DNA of 64,000 bases from a virus (lineage: Duplodnaviria; Caudoviricetes): the IMG/VR virus record IMGVR_UViG_3300028832_000096. One strand, 5' to 3'. Shown one piece after another: positions 1 to 9,968 of this stretch. The position numbers and the translations under genes are program-made. The number at the start of each line of letters is the position of its first letter. Position 1 is the stretch's first letter. Below the pieces are notes generated by a model. It was not told the DNA's origin, searched no databases, and saw only the letters and a list, made by a program, of their open reading frames with translations.

Positions 1-131
1 AGTGTTTTTTCATATACAGGTTTTCCATCAGTCCAAACACCAATCTCCCTTTCCTCTTCTGCATAGATAACAGGTTGAATTGCAATTGTACTATCACTAT
101 ATATAATTCCGTTTTTAATTATTCTACCCAT
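1..131 (-). CDS. Tail fibre-associated protein, 5' part only (runs off the window edge)
   Basis: ATG at 131 with an AGGAG RBS. It reads MGRIIKNG...QPVIYAEEEREIGVWTDGKPVYEKT, the same module as the C-terminal region of the 1647-aa fibre. Confidence 0.75.
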   Translation of the reverse strand, partial: MGRIIKNGIIYSDSTIAIQPVIYAEEEREIGVWTDGKPVYEKT

Positions 132-142
132 AGTGTTTCTCC

Positions 143-3100
143 TTATGACGAAGATTTTGTGTAACGAATGGTTATATATACATCAACAATTTGAGCATCC
201 CAATTGTTCATGTAAATAACACTTGTGTTATCCACCATAAAGAATGAACCATTTGTAGAGCCCGGTCTATAAAAGTTAAAGGAAACGTGTCTGTTTGTCG
301 ATGATGATGAAAGCCTGCCTGTTGCAGTAAAATCAATCAGTCTGTCAAAATTCTGAATATTGTGAGCAACAGAATGGTCAGAGGAGTCAACAGTCAACGC
401 ACCAACATATACAGTCTTTTCATAAATGGTCTTTCCATCAACCCAAGTGCCTACTATCTGCTCGTCTGTTGAGTAGTGAACCGCAGGAACACCTTGGGGT
501 GTCCAAGTTCCACTTCCCGCTTGGTCTGCTGTCTTGGTGTAACGAACAGTAACATAAAAATATCTTGCAGTTCTTGTTTGATTAACAAGTGTTAAAGCAC
601 CACTTAAAACATCAGAGTTTAAACTAATGTTATTTGCAACGTTAGTAGATGACATATAATATGGTGACATATAACGACCGCTTGTATATTCAAAAAAGCA
701 GGATTGAATAAATGCTATATCAATACCACTTGCGAATACTGTATAAACCTCATCTGCATCGAATGTTCTTGCTATTGTTTTTTCATAAAGAGGCTTTCCG
801 TCTTTCCAAACACCGATTTCCCTTTCCTCTTCTGAATAGATAACAGGCTGAAAATCCTGCCCATCTCCATTTATATCAGAAATAAAATAAATTGTGCCGT
901 TGTTCTTTTCAACATCAGTCAAAGCCTGATATTCTGCCCAAGTGAGTGTTTTAGTAATGTTCTCAAAGGCGTCTTGAACATTATCAGCTTCAAACTCCAC
1001 ATCAGTGTCATCAAATGCTACATCTTCTGCATCAGGAGTACTTACAGAGCTATTTATCCATTCCTGACTACTTGAATCATATGTTAGTACTTGACCATTT
1101 GATGGAGTATTAATAGATACATTAGTCAAGTTATCTAACGATGGAGTAGTAGGTATCGTTTCATTTGCATTGACCCATTCACCAGAAGTACTATCATATT
1201 TAAGTACCTGTCCGTTTGTAGGTGTTGTTAATGATACATCTGTAAGGCCTGCAAGAGTAGAGGAACCGCTAGGAACTGCGGCGTTTTCCCAATCAGAACC
1301 GTTGTATGTAAGAACTTGACCGCTAGTTGCAGAAGTTATTGTTACATCGCTTAATCCTGCAAGAGTAGAACTGCCACCACCTGTAGGTGCATACAAATCT
1401 GTTGAAGTACTGTCAATAGTTACTGTTGCAATCTTTGTTCCTGTAGATTGAATTTGTGTAACTGAAACACTAGGAATTTCATCAACTATTTCGTTTATAG
1501 CTGCTCCAAGAGTCTGTGCAACTGTATCAAGTGCAACTCCTGTCCCAACGTCACCTGCTACATCAAGATTACCTGACCAATCTACAGTAAGGGCATTAGA
1601 CCTAGTAATTTCATTATTAGCATCTTTTGTACCATTACCGATTATAAATGCTTTGGTATCGTCATCCTCATTATATTTACCTTCGACATGCTGATAATCT
1701 CCAGTAGAAATATTACCTAAACCTTCTACGTGTGAACTATGGGGAGTAGGAATAGGCTCCCACATGGCCTGAATACTAGTATTTGAAGCAACTTTAGCAA
1801 CTGAGACTCCACTATATAATTCCTGGTCTGCTCTTATTAAGTAATATCCAGAATAAGTACCAGACTTAAATGGAGATAATAAATCTGAAATTCTTGTCCA
1901 TCCACTACCATTTAACGGTGGAGGCGCATCTTGCGCCGAAATAGCAGAAGTACAATAAAAATATCCGGTACCTTTTTGGTCACTAAAATATACTACTGAA
2001 TCCGCAGGATAGTTAGTAGAAGAACTCCATGAAGAACCAGTAATAAACACTATGCCATTTCCTTCTTGGATTTGACCTGGCGCAGTTATACACTTATAAA
2101 GATAAGCCGAAGTACTTTCATTAAAATTAACATAATTAGCATTTGGTCCTACAATATCGCCTACATTATAATTAGTTCCATAATCAAATTGAGAGATACT
2201 TGTTAAGCTACCGATTAAGTTGTCGCTTCCTTCAGCATGAACAGCAAAACCAGCAATACTATTATGTTTACCCTCAACGTGAGAACCAATACCATAAACA
2301 GCATTACCACCGCCCTCACTATGGTTTTTAGGTCCATGAGCTCGGTTACCTGCGCCTTCACCATGAGATTCTTCTCCTGAGATGGTATTACCACTTCCTT
2401 CGATATGTCCTTGAGGACTGTAGTTTTCGTTACCACCACCTTCGGTATGGGTGTTAAAAGCAGAACCAAATGATATATTTCCGCCACCTTCAATATGTCC
2501 ATAATTAGCAAGAATTATGTTACCTGCACCTTCTGCGTGAGTAAATACACCGAAAGTTCCTACGCCTGCGCCCTCTACGTGAGAATAACTATTAAAAGCT
2601 TTAGTTCCTGCACCCTCACTATGAGACCAGGAACCATAAGCACGTGTTCCTCCGCCTTCTGCATGAGATTCTTGACCAGAGGCAATAGAGCCACCACCTT
2701 CCGCATGCGAATTATTCCCAGAAGCCTGAGTACCATTACCTTCTGCATGAGAACCTATAGCAGTAGCTCGTGTACTATTATATCCTTCGGCATGAGAGTA
2801 CATACCACTTGCAAGTGTGTTTGCGCCTTCGGAATGAGCAAAAGAATTAGACGCGGTTGACCGTCCCTCTGCATGAGAACCTTGACCGGTTGCTACGCTA
2901 CGATAAGTCGAATCTCCATATCCTTCGGCATGAGAACCTTGACCAGCTGCTATAGAGTATTCACCCTCAGCATGAGCTGATGAGGCATTAGCTTCTGTAT
3001 AGTGTCCTTCGGCATGAGAATTACCGCCACTTGCTTTAGTATCCATGCCTTCAGCATGAGAGGTACCGCCACTTGCAACAGAATAATAGCCCTCTGCGTG

Positions 3101-5086
3101 GTCTTGCCCTGATAAGGCTTGCGTCTTCCAGCCCTCTGCGTGAGTTGTCGTTCCGCTTGCGATACTACCGTATCCTTCTGCGTGGGCACGATACCCTGAA
3201 GCCGTTGTTTCCCTACCTTCAGCATGCGAATTAGGACCTTGAGCGAGTGTGCTATAACCTTCGGCATGAGAACGCTCACCCATCGCTTTGTTGTAGGCAC
3301 CTTCTACATGTGAATACGCTCCACCGGCGATATTATCCATACCTTCGGCATGAGATTTTTCAGACAGCGTTTGATTCTGCCCGCCTTCTACATGGGAGGC
3401 CGAACCATAAGCGATGTTATCAATACCTTCGACATGGGCATAAGAACCATTAGCCGTATTGCTAAATCCTTCTGAGTGAGATGCAGTGCCGTAGGCCCTG
3501 GCTCCATAACCTTCGGCATGAGCATTATCACCGAGGGCTATATTGTGTTCATAATCATTAAAGATTTCACCACGAGGACTAATAGGGTTGCTTACTTCAA
3601 TATAAGTGTAAGCTCGGTCATCATCAGGCGGAGTCGGTGCATACTCATTGATAACATAGTAGAAGTAGCCGCGGTCATCGTAGGAATCTACCGAGCCGTC
3701 TTTGGCGTACATGACTTGTACTATGTGTTCACCGGACGAACACTCAAATGTTACGGCCGTATAATTAGTTTCACCGCTCAACCTGCTCTTATAGCTATAC
3801 CTCGATACATCAGTATCTAAATTTCCGACATAAGCCCAGTCATAACCGGATTCACTACTTGACCTGAAATAGATAGTAAACGAAGTTATACCTGCAATTT
3901 TCAAAGTACAGATAGATGAGCCATTACTGATATGCCATGAGCCAGCATCTGACTTATAGACAGTGTGACCATCTACAGTCGTCCCGGTGTCAACCCACTG
4001 ACCGTTTTTGAGGTCAAGAGTAACGCCTTGGGCCATCGGCTCCTTGTGATACATGACTTGAACAAAGCTCTCGCCGCCCTCACTGTAATAAGTGCGACTG
4101 ATATAGCCCGAATCCGACCTATCCTGACAGCTATAGTCATAATATCCAGTATCTAAATTGATTTCTGAATTTTGATAGCCGAAAACCACATAACGGAACC
4201 CGGATGTTTCCGGATTCTGTTTTACATAAATAGTATATTGACCATAACCGCCTACCTTATAAGTACAGATAGAATTACCGGACGACATCATGTAGGTTCC
4301 AGCATCTGACTGATAGACAGTATGGCCTTCTTCAGTAGTTCCGCTATCTACCCAACCGGGCCGCCAGTAGCCCTGATAGTCACCTGTATAATCAGCATCC
4401 CAGCCTTGGTAGGTATATGCCGGACTGAATCTACCAGCATCGGCATTAATAACAGAACCGGAACCTGTGAAATAGATACCAGCACCTGCACTATAATCGC
4501 CTCCGCCATCTCGATTGACCCACTTATTAGATTCACCATCGTATATTAAGGTCTGACCGTCAGTTGCATTTTCAATGTCAACATCAGTTAATTCATCTAA
4601 TGAAGTAGCAGCAGGTGTAGGTATTGCAGACAATACTCCGGTTGTACTATTTATTGTTAAACCTGAACCTACTTTAATTCCGCCTAATGTGCTATCTGAA
4701 GCAATAGGAAGAACATAAGGGTCACCGCCCGCAATTTTGTATATAGTATCTTTAATCTGGATATAATTTAGGTCAGGAGTATAAGCAGAAGCTCCTTGAC
4801 TCGTTACAATATAACCATCTTGTGAAACAATAGCGTAACCATCTTGAGAAGTTATTACATAAGAATCGCTAGCAGGAATTTCTGGATTAGGAATAACTCT
4901 AATCTCATTGATTGCATCGACTACTGTTTTGGCATCTGTTTTTAACTGTGGAAAGCGAACAGCAAGGTTCGCATACCTCAAGATAGTTGAGGTATAGTTT
5001 GTATTTCCTAACTGCTGTAAATCGGGTTGAGTTACTTTACCGCTATCATGCAGTGCAGGCAAAATTTCTTTCTTTGCGCGTGTCAA
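143..5086 (-). CDS. Long tail fibre/adhesin with YadA-like head repeats
   Basis: Dozens of 14-aa (S/A)HAEG repeats; LxxLxDVxIxxxxxGQVLxYD repeats; ASxxxLGGIKVG motif; two YSxxExxIGxWxDGKxxYEKT modules; AGGAGG RBS; lies at the end of the tail/baseplate module. Confidence 0.85.
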   Translation of the reverse strand: MTRAKKEILPALHDSGKVTQPDLQQLGNTNYTSTILRYANLAVRFPQLKTDAKTVVDAINEIRVIPNPEIPASDSYVITSQDGYAIVSQDGYIVTSQGASAYTPDLNYIQIKDTIYKIAGGDPYVLPIASDSTLGGIKVGSGLTINSTTGVLSAIPTPAATSLDELTDVDIENATDGQTLIYDGESNKWVNRDGGGDYSAGAGIYFTGSGSVINADAGRFSPAYTYQGWDADYTGDYQGYWRPGWVDSGTTEEGHTVYQSDAGTYMMSSGNSICTYKVGGYGQYTIYVKQNPETSGFRYVVFGYQNSEINLDTGYYDYSCQDRSDSGYISRTYYSEGGESFVQVMYHKEPMAQGVTLDLKNGQWVDTGTTVDGHTVYKSDAGSWHISNGSSICTLKIAGITSFTIYFRSSSESGYDWAYVGNLDTDVSRYSYKSRLSGETNYTAVTFECSSGEHIVQVMYAKDGSVDSYDDRGYFYYVINEYAPTPPDDDRAYTYIEVSNPISPRGEIFNDYEHNIALGDNAHAEGYGARAYGTASHSEGFSNTANGSYAHVEGIDNIAYGSASHVEGGQNQTLSEKSHAEGMDNIAGGAYSHVEGAYNKAMGERSHAEGYSTLAQGPNSHAEGRETTASGYRAHAEGYGSIASGTTTHAEGWKTQALSGQDHAEGYYSVASGGTSHAEGMDTKASGGNSHAEGHYTEANASSAHAEGEYSIAAGQGSHAEGYGDSTYRSVATGQGSHAEGRSTASNSFAHSEGANTLASGMYSHAEGYNSTRATAIGSHAEGNGTQASGNNSHAEGGGSIASGQESHAEGGGTRAYGSWSHSEGAGTKAFNSYSHVEGAGVGTFGVFTHAEGAGNIILANYGHIEGGGNISFGSAFNTHTEGGGNENYSPQGHIEGSGNTISGEESHGEGAGNRAHGPKNHSEGGGNAVYGIGSHVEGKHNSIAGFAVHAEGSDNLIGSLTSISQFDYGTNYNVGDIVGPNANYVNFNESTSAYLYKCITAPGQIQEGNGIVFITGSSWSSSTNYPADSVVYFSDQKGTGYFYCTSAISAQDAPPPLNGSGWTRISDLLSPFKSGTYSGYYLIRADQELYSGVSVAKVASNTSIQAMWEPIPTPHSSHVEGLGNISTGDYQHVEGKYNEDDDTKAFIIGNGTKDANNEITRSNALTVDWSGNLDVAGDVGTGVALDTVAQTLGAAINEIVDEIPSVSVTQIQSTGTKIATVTIDSTSTDLYAPTGGGSSTLAGLSDVTITSATSGQVLTYNGSDWENAAVPSGSSTLAGLTDVSLTTPTNGQVLKYDSTSGEWVNANETIPTTPSLDNLTNVSINTPSNGQVLTYDSSSQEWINSSVSTPDAEDVAFDDTDVEFEADNVQDAFENITKTLTWAEYQALTDVEKNNGTIYFISDINGDGQDFQPVIYSEEEREIGVWKDGKPLYEKTIARTFDADEVYTVFASGIDIAFIQSCFFEYTSGRYMSPYYMSSTNVANNISLNSDVLSGALTLVNQTRTARYFYVTVRYTKTADQAGSGTWTPQGVPAVHYSTDEQIVGTWVDGKTIYEKTVYVGALTVDSSDHSVAHNIQNFDRLIDFTATGRLSSSSTNRHVSFNFYRPGSTNGSFFMVDNTSVIYMNNWDAQIVDVYITIRYTKSSS

Positions 5087-5108
5087 GTTTAATCAAACCT
5101 CCTAAATT

Positions 5109-5118
5109 ATAAAAGGTT
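5109..5118 (-). promoter_or_regulatory. Putative phage late promoter AACCTTTTAT (class A motif)
   Basis: The same motif recurs in about 12 intergenic positions upstream of - strand genes. Confidence 0.6.
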
Positions 5119-5134
5119 GTAAAACACAAATAAA

Positions 5135-5155
5135 GGCCGATATAGTATATCGGCC
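5135..5155 (-). terminator. Intrinsic terminator
   Basis: GGCCGATAT/ATATCGGCC stem followed by a T-rich run on the - strand. Confidence 0.7.
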
Positions 5156-5180
5156 CTGAATAAACCAAAGCATATTGTTA

Positions 5181-5981
5181 TTAGGTATTTTCAGCTACTT
5201 TTACCAATTGATTAGTGCCTACTGCTATATATTGCCCGTCGTCGAGAGCAAGGGTAGACCCTGCGGTAACTTCGGAACAATCATATAACGGGGTTAAATC
5301 AAACAACTTATCGGACAACACCCCGTTATTATCATATGCATAAACAGAGCTTTTAACGTAATCAAGGTATCCAGCAGGGGATTTATATGCGAATCTTGAT
5401 ACAAATTTACCTACGGCGGAATCATTTGCTCCGTAAAAAGGTAAAGCAGATATGTTAAATATAACACTTGGTATGTATTGCGTTGACTTTAATGCCCTTG
5501 CCCCAAACTGGTTAGTTCCATAAGTAGTATCGTGGGATTCAACTAAAATAGAATCGCATATAGGATACTCTCCCCAAGAAGGAGTGCCGTGTAAATTAAG
5601 CAAATAAAAGCCTTCCGTGGCAATATACGCTAAAGTTATAATCCTTGTAGCTGTGGCGGTATATGCCCACGTACCTCCCCAATTAAGTTCGACGGACCTG
5701 TACACATTTCCGTTGACAATGGCGAGTGCCGTAATAGTGCTAGCATTATTAGCGAGCGTCGCTCCTCTTTGTATCGTATAAAAATGCGTCCCGTTTGCAT
5801 ATATTCTAAAAGTTGGAGTATGGGAGGTAGTTACCGTTTCAACATCATACTCATCATCCACATCATCTGGGCAAGTAAGTGCCGCATCAATGCTTAATAT
5901 GCGGTTAATTAAAGCTCGCATAAATTCTTTTTCTATAACATTAGCTGGGCTAACATCAATACCTATTGCATATGAGGACAT
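5181..5981 (-). CDS. Putative tail fibre/receptor-binding module protein (paralogue family B)
   Basis: The C-terminal FxYxxxAGxLxY...LxxCxxV...LxLxxG motif is shared with 5993..6742 and 7060..7791. Confidence 0.55.
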   Translation of the reverse strand: MSSYAIGIDVSPANVIEKEFMRALINRILSIDAALTCPDDVDDEYDVETVTTSHTPTFRIYANGTHFYTIQRGATLANNASTITALAIVNGNVYRSVELNWGGTWAYTATATRIITLAYIATEGFYLLNLHGTPSWGEYPICDSILVESHDTTYGTNQFGARALKSTQYIPSVIFNISALPFYGANDSAVGKFVSRFAYKSPAGYLDYVKSSVYAYDNNGVLSDKLFDLTPLYDCSEVTAGSTLALDDGQYIAVGTNQLVKVAENT

Positions 5982-5992
5982 ATTATTCTCCT

Positions 5993-6742
5993 TTATTCTT
6001 CTTCCTCATCAAGCGGAGCTAAACAGTGTGTTCCAAGTGCAACGCAATTCCCAGTTGGAAGCGACTGCGTAGATAATAATGTTACAGTAGAACACTCTTT
6101 TAAAGTATCTGTCGAAAATGCTCTCATACCGCCATTTACAAAGAAAGCCTCGTTCGTAAAATCAATAGTTCCTGCTGTTGCTACATAAGGGAACATGTTT
6201 GTATAAGTGTAAGGGATTCTAGAAGTGTCGGCTAAATCCTCAAAAACTAAAGACGAGATATCTGCAACCTCATTAGTAACTTCAGCAGCGACAGTTGCTA
6301 ATTCCTTGTATCCGAGCAGAATCTTAGAGTCGGAAGTCAGGAGCTTAACTAATTCTATGCCAGCATGATTTTGATTAAGGTCATTTATAGCTATATATAA
6401 ACATTTTGAATCAACATAAGAATTAATGACCACATCATTGTATTGTGTATAACCACGGTTTGCTGGTGATATGAGGTATGTACCACCCTTCTTTAGATAT
6501 GTGGTACTCCTTGTTACGTCTGAAGTCCAGTATCCGAAAAATCCAGAAATCTCTGTGCCAGGGAAAGAAAACGCCGTACCGATATAAGTGTTCGAGATTA
6601 AAGACTCGGTTACAGTTTCCGCAGAAATTATAGGATTTGCAGGTTCTGGATTTAAGTTATTCAGATAAGCAGTTATGCTAGCAACTCGCTGAGATACATC
6701 TGTAGTAGTAATTAAACCTCTATTATAGACTCCCATAATCAA
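5993..6742 (-). CDS. Putative tail fibre/receptor-binding module protein (paralogue family B)
   Basis: MFPYVATAGTIDF...LKECSTVTLLSTQSLPTG C-terminal motif. Confidence 0.55.
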   Translation of the reverse strand: MIMGVYNRGLITTTDVSQRVASITAYLNNLNPEPANPIISAETVTESLISNTYIGTAFSFPGTEISGFFGYWTSDVTRSTTYLKKGGTYLISPANRGYTQYNDVVINSYVDSKCLYIAINDLNQNHAGIELVKLLTSDSKILLGYKELATVAAEVTNEVADISSLVFEDLADTSRIPYTYTNMFPYVATAGTIDFTNEAFFVNGGMRAFSTDTLKECSTVTLLSTQSLPTGNCVALGTHCLAPLDEEEE

Positions 6743-7053
6743 CCTCCATTATCCACATTCGCTGTATGAACGATAACTTCATGCGCATTAGGATTAGGTG
6801 ATAACGGTACATTAAAAGTCTGACCAATAGACATCAGATTAACTATCTCATCAATAGCATCCTGATAGTTGCGAGCATTTAACTTAGATGTTTTATTATC
6901 GTATGCATTAAAAGCATCGGGGTGGACTTTTACCGTTTGCATACCTGTCTGATATGAATCAGAAAAATGCACTAAGGGCACATAATCCTGATTTTTTGCT
7001 GTTGTTTGAGATTCAGGTAAATTACTTATTGAAATAGGAGATAAATCATCCAT
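6739..7053 (-). CDS. Small fibre adaptor-like protein (paralogue family A)
   Basis: Clear paralogue of 7806..8093 (DYxPxVHxSxSYQTGxxTVKVHP...SKLxAxxxQDAIDE). Confidence 0.6.
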   Translation of the reverse strand: MDDLSPISISNLPESQTTAKNQDYVPLVHFSDSYQTGMQTVKVHPDAFNAYDNKTSKLNARNYQDAIDEIVNLMSIGQTFNVPLSPNPNAHEVIVHTANVDNGG

Positions 7054-7059
7054 AGCAGT

Positions 7060-7791
7060 TTATTCCTCCTCAGTAATTTCTACCATTGCATTTGATGCAA
7101 CGGCATAAAAAAGCCTACCGTCAGGCAAAGCTAACGATGAATAAGCAGGAACAATAGTACAAGATTTAAGGTCTTCAAGCTCAAAAACTTTTGCCTCTCC
7201 TGATTTGAATACCGCCTTTTCAACATATTCAAGATTTCCTGCTCCTGCCGAATATCCAAACATGCTTGCGTAATTGGCGCTTATTGTGCCATTGCGAAAT
7301 TCATTCAAAACCGTAGCCGAATTATTTGAAGTGATAAAATTGTTGTTGTTAGGCTGTTTGATTAGCATAATGCTTGCAGGTGCTTGTGATGTGCTCACAT
7401 CATCGTACTTACCTATCCACAGTATGAAAAAATTATCCGATTTTACAGATGTTATCAAGTATTTTCTTGTTGCCGATACCGTAGGCTTTTGACCTGTGTA
7501 CATATAAAACACACGACCTTCCGTGATTGCGGAAAAACGATAGGCTGAGGCGGCGGCATTGTTTGTTGCATCTCTATACATACGCAATCTTACATTGCCA
7601 AACCTAATGTAAAATTCTGCCTTGCTTGCACTTGTCAAGTCCGTGTACTGGTCTGCTACTGTTGTAGGGTCTCCATTTGCGTCTTCAAGTGTTGCTGTTG
7701 GGTATAATTCAAGAATGATATTGACAAGTCCTTGTATAAAATCAATCTCTGTCCCTGTATTAGTATATAAATATTGCTTAATCTCAGCCAT
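7060..7791 (-). CDS. Putative tail fibre/receptor-binding module protein (paralogue family B)
   Basis: MFGYSAGAGNLEY...LKSCTIVPAYSSLALPDG C-terminal motif. Confidence 0.55.
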   Translation of the reverse strand: MAEIKQYLYTNTGTEIDFIQGLVNIILELYPTATLEDANGDPTTVADQYTDLTSASKAEFYIRFGNVRLRMYRDATNNAAASAYRFSAITEGRVFYMYTGQKPTVSATRKYLITSVKSDNFFILWIGKYDDVSTSQAPASIMLIKQPNNNNFITSNNSATVLNEFRNGTISANYASMFGYSAGAGNLEYVEKAVFKSGEAKVFELEDLKSCTIVPAYSSLALPDGRLFYAVASNAMVEITEEE

Positions 7792-7805
7792 GCTATATTA
7801 GCTCC

Positions 7806-8093
7806 TCACGAAGTTTCGTATGTGGTAGAAGTTATTTCAACTTCAGTAGCATGTAGACCATTACCATTTACCTTACCAGCTAATTCATCAATTGCATCTT
7901 GGAAAGTAGTAGCGCGCAGCTTTGATTTAGAATTGTTATAAACATTAAAAGTATTTGGATGAACTTTAACCGTTTCTTTTCCAGTTTGATAAGATTCTGA
8001 ATAATGTACTATAGGAAGATAATCCCTATTAGTATCTACGGATGATGCTTGAGGAAGTTCATTTATCTTAACATTATCTAATTCACTTGCCAT
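7806..8093 (-). CDS. Small fibre adaptor-like protein (paralogue family A)
   Basis: VKINELP start and QDAIDEL motif, typical of fibre N-termini; paralogue of 6739..7053. Confidence 0.6.
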   Translation of the reverse strand: MASELDNVKINELPQASSVDTNRDYLPIVHYSESYQTGKETVKVHPNTFNVYNNSKSKLRATTFQDAIDELAGKVNGNGLHATEVEITSTTYETS

Positions 8094-8104
8094 ATTTGTT
8101 TCCC

Positions 8105-9292
8105 TTAATCTGTTGTAATATTTCTATCATCTTCTGTCGTAAGCTGTTCATTTTCAGTAGTAATTAATCTTCTTGTAGGCTCTGAAGGAATAATTCGCTG
8201 ACCTACCTCAGTCATGATTCCATTGACCTTAGGTTTAGGGTCAACCGGTGTAGATTCTCTATTAGTATCAAGTGTGTCTACAGGGAGATGACCAATTTCA
8301 TTAAGTATCTCTTGCCCTCTAGGCTCACCACGAGGATTTGCAGCCGTAGGTTCTGTTCTGTAACTCTGCAAATCAACTGTCCTATTATAGATAAGGTTGT
8401 ATTTCGGGTCTTTTACATCTGTATCGACTATGGTATCTACCTCTAATCTGGGTCCATAACCCATACTGAAAATAGGTTTACTAAACAACGATTTAACAAT
8501 ATGCTCATTATTTGACATCTGTAATGAGTTAAGTGCTCTATAACCTGCATCAACTGTAGCTTCAGGCTCGATTTTAGAGTTTCTAGAATATACAGGTTTT
8601 CTTTTTGCATTAGCGTTAAGAAGTTGTTTATCCTCATTCTTCATCTTCTGCAACCTAGCATAATCTTCTCTACTATAGTGACCAACTCTTGTAGGTCCAA
8701 CAATTCCTGTAGCGTCTCCTGCTTTTGCTAATCTTGCATCAACAGAAATCTTTGTATTAGAATCAATCTTAACACCTGCGTACTGGAAACAATACATTCC
8801 AAGCGGTCTAACATACTCTATACAGGTGTCGATAGGCTTTTCATCAGTGAAGTATACTACATTGATATAGCCCTCTGCGACATTTGATTCTACATATACT
8901 GAATTGTTAGGAATTGAAGTATCCTCTAATCTATTATACAGAATTTCATTTTCAGCACCGTAGGCATTAATATCTTTCTGCTTAAGATTTACCTCAGCAG
9001 CAAGAGTAACACCTAATTGACTACCCTTATACTTTATCATCGACATGAAGTAAAGTAATACAAAGCGGTTAAATGCAGTACAAAGCCCTGCCCTATCGTC
9101 ATATTGATAACCCATTGTATCTCCGAGCATCCAAAGAAGTTGCTCAGGACATCTAAGTGGGTCATATAAATCAGACATATTTGCGTTGTCGTATTGTACT
9201 TTAGACAACGCGTAATCAAACCACTTTATGAAAAAGCGGAAATCAGCTGACTTTTTGTAAATTTCAGGAATTGATATATCTTTGATATTCAT
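8105..9292 (-). CDS. Baseplate wedge protein (P2 gpI / T4 gp7-like)
   Basis: DPLRCPEQLLWMLGDTMG...KYKGS motif; follows the baseplate-J gene. Confidence 0.7.
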   Translation of the reverse strand: MNIKDISIPEIYKKSADFRFFIKWFDYALSKVQYDNANMSDLYDPLRCPEQLLWMLGDTMGYQYDDRAGLCTAFNRFVLLYFMSMIKYKGSQLGVTLAAEVNLKQKDINAYGAENEILYNRLEDTSIPNNSVYVESNVAEGYINVVYFTDEKPIDTCIEYVRPLGMYCFQYAGVKIDSNTKISVDARLAKAGDATGIVGPTRVGHYSREDYARLQKMKNEDKQLLNANAKRKPVYSRNSKIEPEATVDAGYRALNSLQMSNNEHIVKSLFSKPIFSMGYGPRLEVDTIVDTDVKDPKYNLIYNRTVDLQSYRTEPTAANPRGEPRGQEILNEIGHLPVDTLDTNRESTPVDPKPKVNGIMTEVGQRIIPSEPTRRLITTENEQLTTEDDRNITTD

Positions 9293-9302
9293 GATAATTT
9301 AT

Positions 9303-9521
9303 TTAATCGACAATCTCAGAACCATAGCCATCTACGACATCTTCCCAAGCTGTCGAACCATTCCATTCGACTTTAGAATACCGATGTGTTGTATTATGAG
9401 GATTTCCATCCTTATCATATTCCATAAGTATAAAATAATCACCTTCCTCTGAAAGCTCTATATGGCCTCCATCTTTAAGTGTCGCCTTGTAAGTTTTACT
9501 TGCTTTTATGTATCTCTTCAT
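9303..9521 (-). CDS. Hypothetical protein with MKRYIKAS leader
   Basis: 72-aa ORF with the shared N-terminal tag. Confidence 0.7.
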   Translation of the reverse strand: MKRYIKASKTYKATLKDGGHIELSEEGDYFILMEYDKDGNPHNTTHRYSKVEWNGSTAWEDVVDGYGSEIVD

Positions 9522-9549
9522 AATTCAAATCTTCTTTATGTTAAACACA

Positions 9550-9957
9550 TCAAGTGCTTAACATATTATAAAGTTCTTCTGTTTCATACCTGTCATGAAT
9601 TAAATAACCGTCGTGTTTATCGCCGTCACCCATCGGACCTACAATTGCGTCATTTGGAAATTCATCTCTTACGAAATCTTCATCAACAGGGTCATAGCAA
9701 GGAGCATAGATAGGATTAGCCCAGATATGCTTTACAAATGTTGTAGGAAGATAAACAGGGTCGCCTAAACCATATACAACTACTTCGCCATCAAATGTAT
9801 CATCTTCAACTATATAGTCTTCATAGTTGCGAGCCTTCCAGTCGATACTCCTCCAAAGCTCCTTTTCTTCTTCAGTCCATTTACCTTTGAACTCAGGTTC
9901 CCAAGTATATGAAGCTTTTACATAACTCTTAGGATATACTCTGTTTGTCTTTTTCAT
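9550..9957 (-). CDS. Acidic hypothetical protein with YVKAS leader
   Basis: Likely start is ATG 9957 (AGGAG RBS): MKKTNRVYPKSYVKAS. Confidence 0.7.
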   Translation of the reverse strand: MKKTNRVYPKSYVKASYTWEPEFKGKWTEEEKELWRSIDWKARNYEDYIVEDDTFDGEVVVYGLGDPVYLPTTFVKHIWANPIYAPCYDPVDEDFVRDEFPNDAIVGPMGDGDKHDGYLIHDRYETEELYNMLST

Positions 9958-9968
9958 ATCAATTCTCC

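Noticed and set aside
1-850. ~75-nt near-repeat (4-78 vs ~777-850) as a DGR template/variable repeat pair
   Set aside because: Mismatches are not adenine-specific and many are synonymous; both copies are in-frame domain paralogues; no reverse transcriptase is in the window.
2215-3560. 42-nt periodicity as a CRISPR array or tandem DNA repeat
   Set aside because: It is the in-frame 14-aa HAEG protein repeat with degenerate codons.
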